A DNA stretch of 64,000 nt from contig CAWHRC010000009.1 of the NCBI GenBank assembly GCA_963831755.1, positions 793,241 to 857,240 on the forward strand. Reading direction: 5' to 3'. A model generated the notes under the pieces. That model had not been told where the DNA came from, did not search any database, and saw nothing but the letters and a program-made list of their open reading frames with translations. Positions within the stretch are counted from its first letter, which is position 1; every line of letters begins with the position of its first letter. Shown here piece by piece: positions 61,672 to 64,000 of this stretch. Source of the stretch: an uncultured Acidobacteriota bacterium. Lineage in GTDB: Bacteria > Acidobacteriota > Vicinamibacteria > Fen-336. The translations under genes and the position numbers were made by a program.

Positions 61672-64000
61672 GCGCTCCGCTCCGCTCAATATCGCCGGCA
61701 AGCTGGCCGGCATTTTCATCGAATCCAAGATCACCGCCATGATCATGCTGGCGGTGGCGCTGGCGGGCATGATGGCGCTGTTCGTCACCCCGCGTGAATA
61801 CAACCCGCAGATCGTGGTCCCGGCCGCCAACATCATCGTCGCCAAGCCGGGCGCCTCGGCCGAGGAAATCCAGAACCTGGTGGTCAAGCCGCTGGAAGCC
61901 ATCATGAACGCCCAGTCTGGCGTGGATCACACCTTTGGCTATGCCGCCCCGGATTTCGGCCTGGTGACCGTGCAGTTCAAGGTCGGGGAAGACCAGGAAA
62001 AGAGCCTGGTCAAGCTCTACAACCAGCTGATGCAGAACATGGACCGCATGCCGCCCGGCGCCATGCAGCCGGTGGTCAAGCCGGTCAACGTCGACGATGT
62101 GCCGATCATGACGCTGACGCTGTCCTCCACCAGGCTCGATGATCTGCAGATCCGCCAGGTGGCGAGCCGCATTCTCGAGCAACTGCGCAACGTGCCGGGG
62201 GTGTCGTTCACCCAGCTCATGGGCGGCGCGCCGCGCGCGGTCAATGTCTGGATTTCCCCTGCCAAGCTGGCGGCGGCGGGCATCGCGCTCGACCAGGTGG
62301 ACCAGATGCTGCAGGGGCAGAACGTCTCGGTGCCGGCCGGCACCCTGGTGGACAACAACCGGGCCTCGCCGCTGCGGGTGCAGGGCTTCCTCGGTAATGC
62401 CCGGGAAGTGGGCGATATCGTCATCGGCGCACCGAACGGGCGTCCGGTATTCCTGAAGGATGTCGCCACGATCGCGGACGGCCCCGAGGAAATCGACCAG
62501 AGCACGCGCTTTGCCTATGGCCCCGCGGCCGGCAAGAACGCCGCGCGCGGCGAGGCACCGGCCGTGACCCTGGCCATCGCCAAGAAGGCCGGCACCAACG
62601 CGGTGGTGGTCGCAAACGCCGTGCTGAAGAAGCTCGACCAGCTCAAGCGCCAGGCGATCCCCGCCGACATCACGGTTGCGGTGACCCGCGACGACGGCGC
62701 CCGCGCCAACGATGCGGTCAACACCCTGGTCGAACACCTCGGCATCGCCATCGGCTCGGTGGTGGTAATCCTGGTGTTCTTTCTCGGCTGGCGCGAGGCC
62801 GGCATCGTCACCCTGACGGTGCCGCTGATCCTGTTCGTGGTGCTGACCATCGGCCTGTTCGCCGGCCAGACCATCAACCGCATCACCCTGTTCGCGCTGA
62901 TCCTGTCGCTGGGCCTGCTGGTCGACGCCGCCATCGTGGTGGTCGAGAACATTCACCGCCACCTGCACCACGGCATCGGCGACCGCGATTTCAAGGACGT
63001 GGTCATCCAGGCCACCAATGAAATCGGCAACCCCACCAATATCGCCACCATCGCGGTGATCCTGGCCTTCATCCCGATGGCCTTCGTCACCGGCATGATG
63101 GGCCCCTTCATGCTGCCCATCCCGTTCAACGTGCCAGTGGCCATGATCGCCTCGCTGCTGATCGCCTACATCGTGGTGCCGTGGGCGACCAACCTCTGGC
63201 TCCGGAAGAAAGCCGCGCTGAGCGAACTCGCGCGCAAGGAAAGCCTGGAAGAAACCGGCGCGCGCAAGACCGACCGGCTGCATCGCGCCTATGTCAAGAC
63301 CATCACGCCCTTCATCGAGCACAGCGGCCGCCGCAACCTGATGTTCCTGGCGGTGCTGGGCCTGCTGCTGGTGGCCATGCTGATGCCGGCGTGGCAGTTC
63401 ATCCGTCCCTCGGGCATCAACGGGCCGCTGTCGGCGCTGGGGGTGGAACTCAAGATGCTGCCCAACGACAACACCAACACCTTCCTGGTCGAAATCGACA
63501 CCCCGGCCGGCACCACGCTGGAAGAGACCGACCGCGCCGCGCGCGCGGTGGGCGGGGTGCTGGCGCAAAACCGCTTCGTCACCGATTACCAGACCTTCCT
63601 CGGCATGACCGCGCCGATCGACTTCGCCGCCCTGGTGCGCGGCGACCCGATCAAGCGCGGCGACAATCTGGCGCAGATCCGCGTCAACCTGGTGGACAAG
63701 CATCAGCGTTCGACCTCGTCGCACCAGATCGTGCAGGCGCTCAACGACAGCCTCAAGTCGCTGCGCCAGGCGTTCCCGCAGGCCCGCATCAAGCTCTACG
63801 AAACCCCGCCCGGCCCGCCGGTGCAGGCGCAGGTGCTGGCCGAACTGTACGGGCCCGACTATGAAAAACTGCGCGGCGCCTCGCCTGAAGTGCGTCGCGC
63901 GTTCGAGTCGGTCTACGGCATGATCAACACCGACGATTCGGTGACCGCCACCACGCAATCCTTCTCGGTGCAGGTGGACCGCGAGAAAGCCGCGCTGTCG
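61664..64000 (+). CDS. RND efflux permease (AcrB/CzcA superfamily), 5' part; continues beyond the window
   Basis: ATG 61664 overlaps the MFP stop and the frame stays open to the window end (779 codons, so it is absent from the stop-bounded track). MTERSAPLNIAGKLAGIFIESKITAMIMLAV..., LSLGLLVDAAIVVVENIHRH and NEIGNPTNIATIAVILAFIPMAF are present. Confidence 0.8.
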   Translation, partial: MTERSAPLNIAGKLAGIFIESKITAMIMLAVALAGMMALFVTPREYNPQIVVPAANIIVAKPGASAEEIQNLVVKPLEAIMNAQSGVDHTFGYAAPDFGLVTVQFKVGEDQEKSLVKLYNQLMQNMDRMPPGAMQPVVKPVNVDDVPIMTLTLSSTRLDDLQIRQVASRILEQLRNVPGVSFTQLMGGAPRAVNVWISPAKLAAAGIALDQVDQMLQGQNVSVPAGTLVDNNRASPLRVQGFLGNAREVGDIVIGAPNGRPVFLKDVATIADGPEEIDQSTRFAYGPAAGKNAARGEAPAVTLAIAKKAGTNAVVVANAVLKKLDQLKRQAIPADITVAVTRDDGARANDAVNTLVEHLGIAIGSVVVILVFFLGWREAGIVTLTVPLILFVVLTIGLFAGQTINRITLFALILSLGLLVDAAIVVVENIHRHLHHGIGDRDFKDVVIQATNEIGNPTNIATIAVILAFIPMAFVTGMMGPFMLPIPFNVPVAMIASLLIAYIVVPWATNLWLRKKAALSELARKESLEETGARKTDRLHRAYVKTITPFIEHSGRRNLMFLAVLGLLLVAMLMPAWQFIRPSGINGPLSALGVELKMLPNDNTNTFLVEIDTPAGTTLEETDRAARAVGGVLAQNRFVTDYQTFLGMTAPIDFAALVRGDPIKRGDNLAQIRVNLVDKHQRSTSSHQIVQALNDSLKSLRQAFPQARIKLYETPPGPPVQAQVLAELYGPDYEKLRGASPEVRRAFESVYGMINTDDSVTATTQSFSVQVDREKAALS

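Noticed and set aside
50328-63958. Long antisense ORFs in the right-hand block (50328..52991 plus strand, 61490..63958 minus strand).
   Set aside because: They are antisense to clear CusA and RND-permease frames, with His/Arg/Asp/Gly-rich composition and no motifs.
1-64000. Scan for CRISPR arrays, rRNA and tRNA genes, integrases, reverse transcriptases and toxin-antitoxin pairs.
   Set aside because: I saw no regularly spaced direct repeats, no cloverleaf-like conserved tRNA arms in any intergenic gap (all gaps are under 320 bp and were inspected), and no ORFs with those signatures. This was a scan by eye only, so tRNAscan, Infernal and a CRISPR finder should confirm it.

Overview
Composite window. 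Positions 1 to about 50.9 kb are very GC-rich DNA with codon third positions almost all G/C. Genes there are densely packed and mostly recognisable: an AI-2E permease, LemA-TPM-TPM, an isolated nuoL-nuoM pair, mog, two tandem TIGR03436-type VWA proteins (a hint of an Acidobacteria-like host, inference only), an ECF sigma/anti-sigma operon, LOG, a GGDEF-PilZ fusion, a GAF-type sigma-54 activator, a GH109-like oxidoreductase, amtB-glnK, an amidase, MFS, addB-addA, ccsB-ccsA, FHA, CDF, GT2 and larB. An IS4/IS1634-like insertion sequence lies at 22.7-24.7 kb, with 12-bp terminal inverted repeats, a 6-bp target duplication and a frameshifted transposase. At about 50.91 kb there is an abrupt seam: a 5' stub of mutS2 collides with a 3'-truncated cusA, and GC content and codon usage change at the same point. 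From the seam to the end the DNA looks betaproteobacterial and carries a copper / nitrogen-oxide block: cusA(truncated)-cusB, a small heavy-metal-binding protein, nirK-ncgC-ncgB-ncgA, divergent nsrR with an NsrR-box palindrome, and a tolC-MFP(frameshifted)-RND operon that runs off the window. I recognised no rRNA, tRNA or CRISPR array. The items most worth follow-up are the seam, an ECF-linked operon ending in an extreme Tyr/Gly/Arg low-complexity secreted protein, a Tat-signal mini-protein translationally coupled to a signal-less amidase, the IS insertion upstream of amtB, and the nirK cluster joined to a cusC/cusF-less copper efflux module. All family assignments come from reading the translated ORFs by eye, with no database search.
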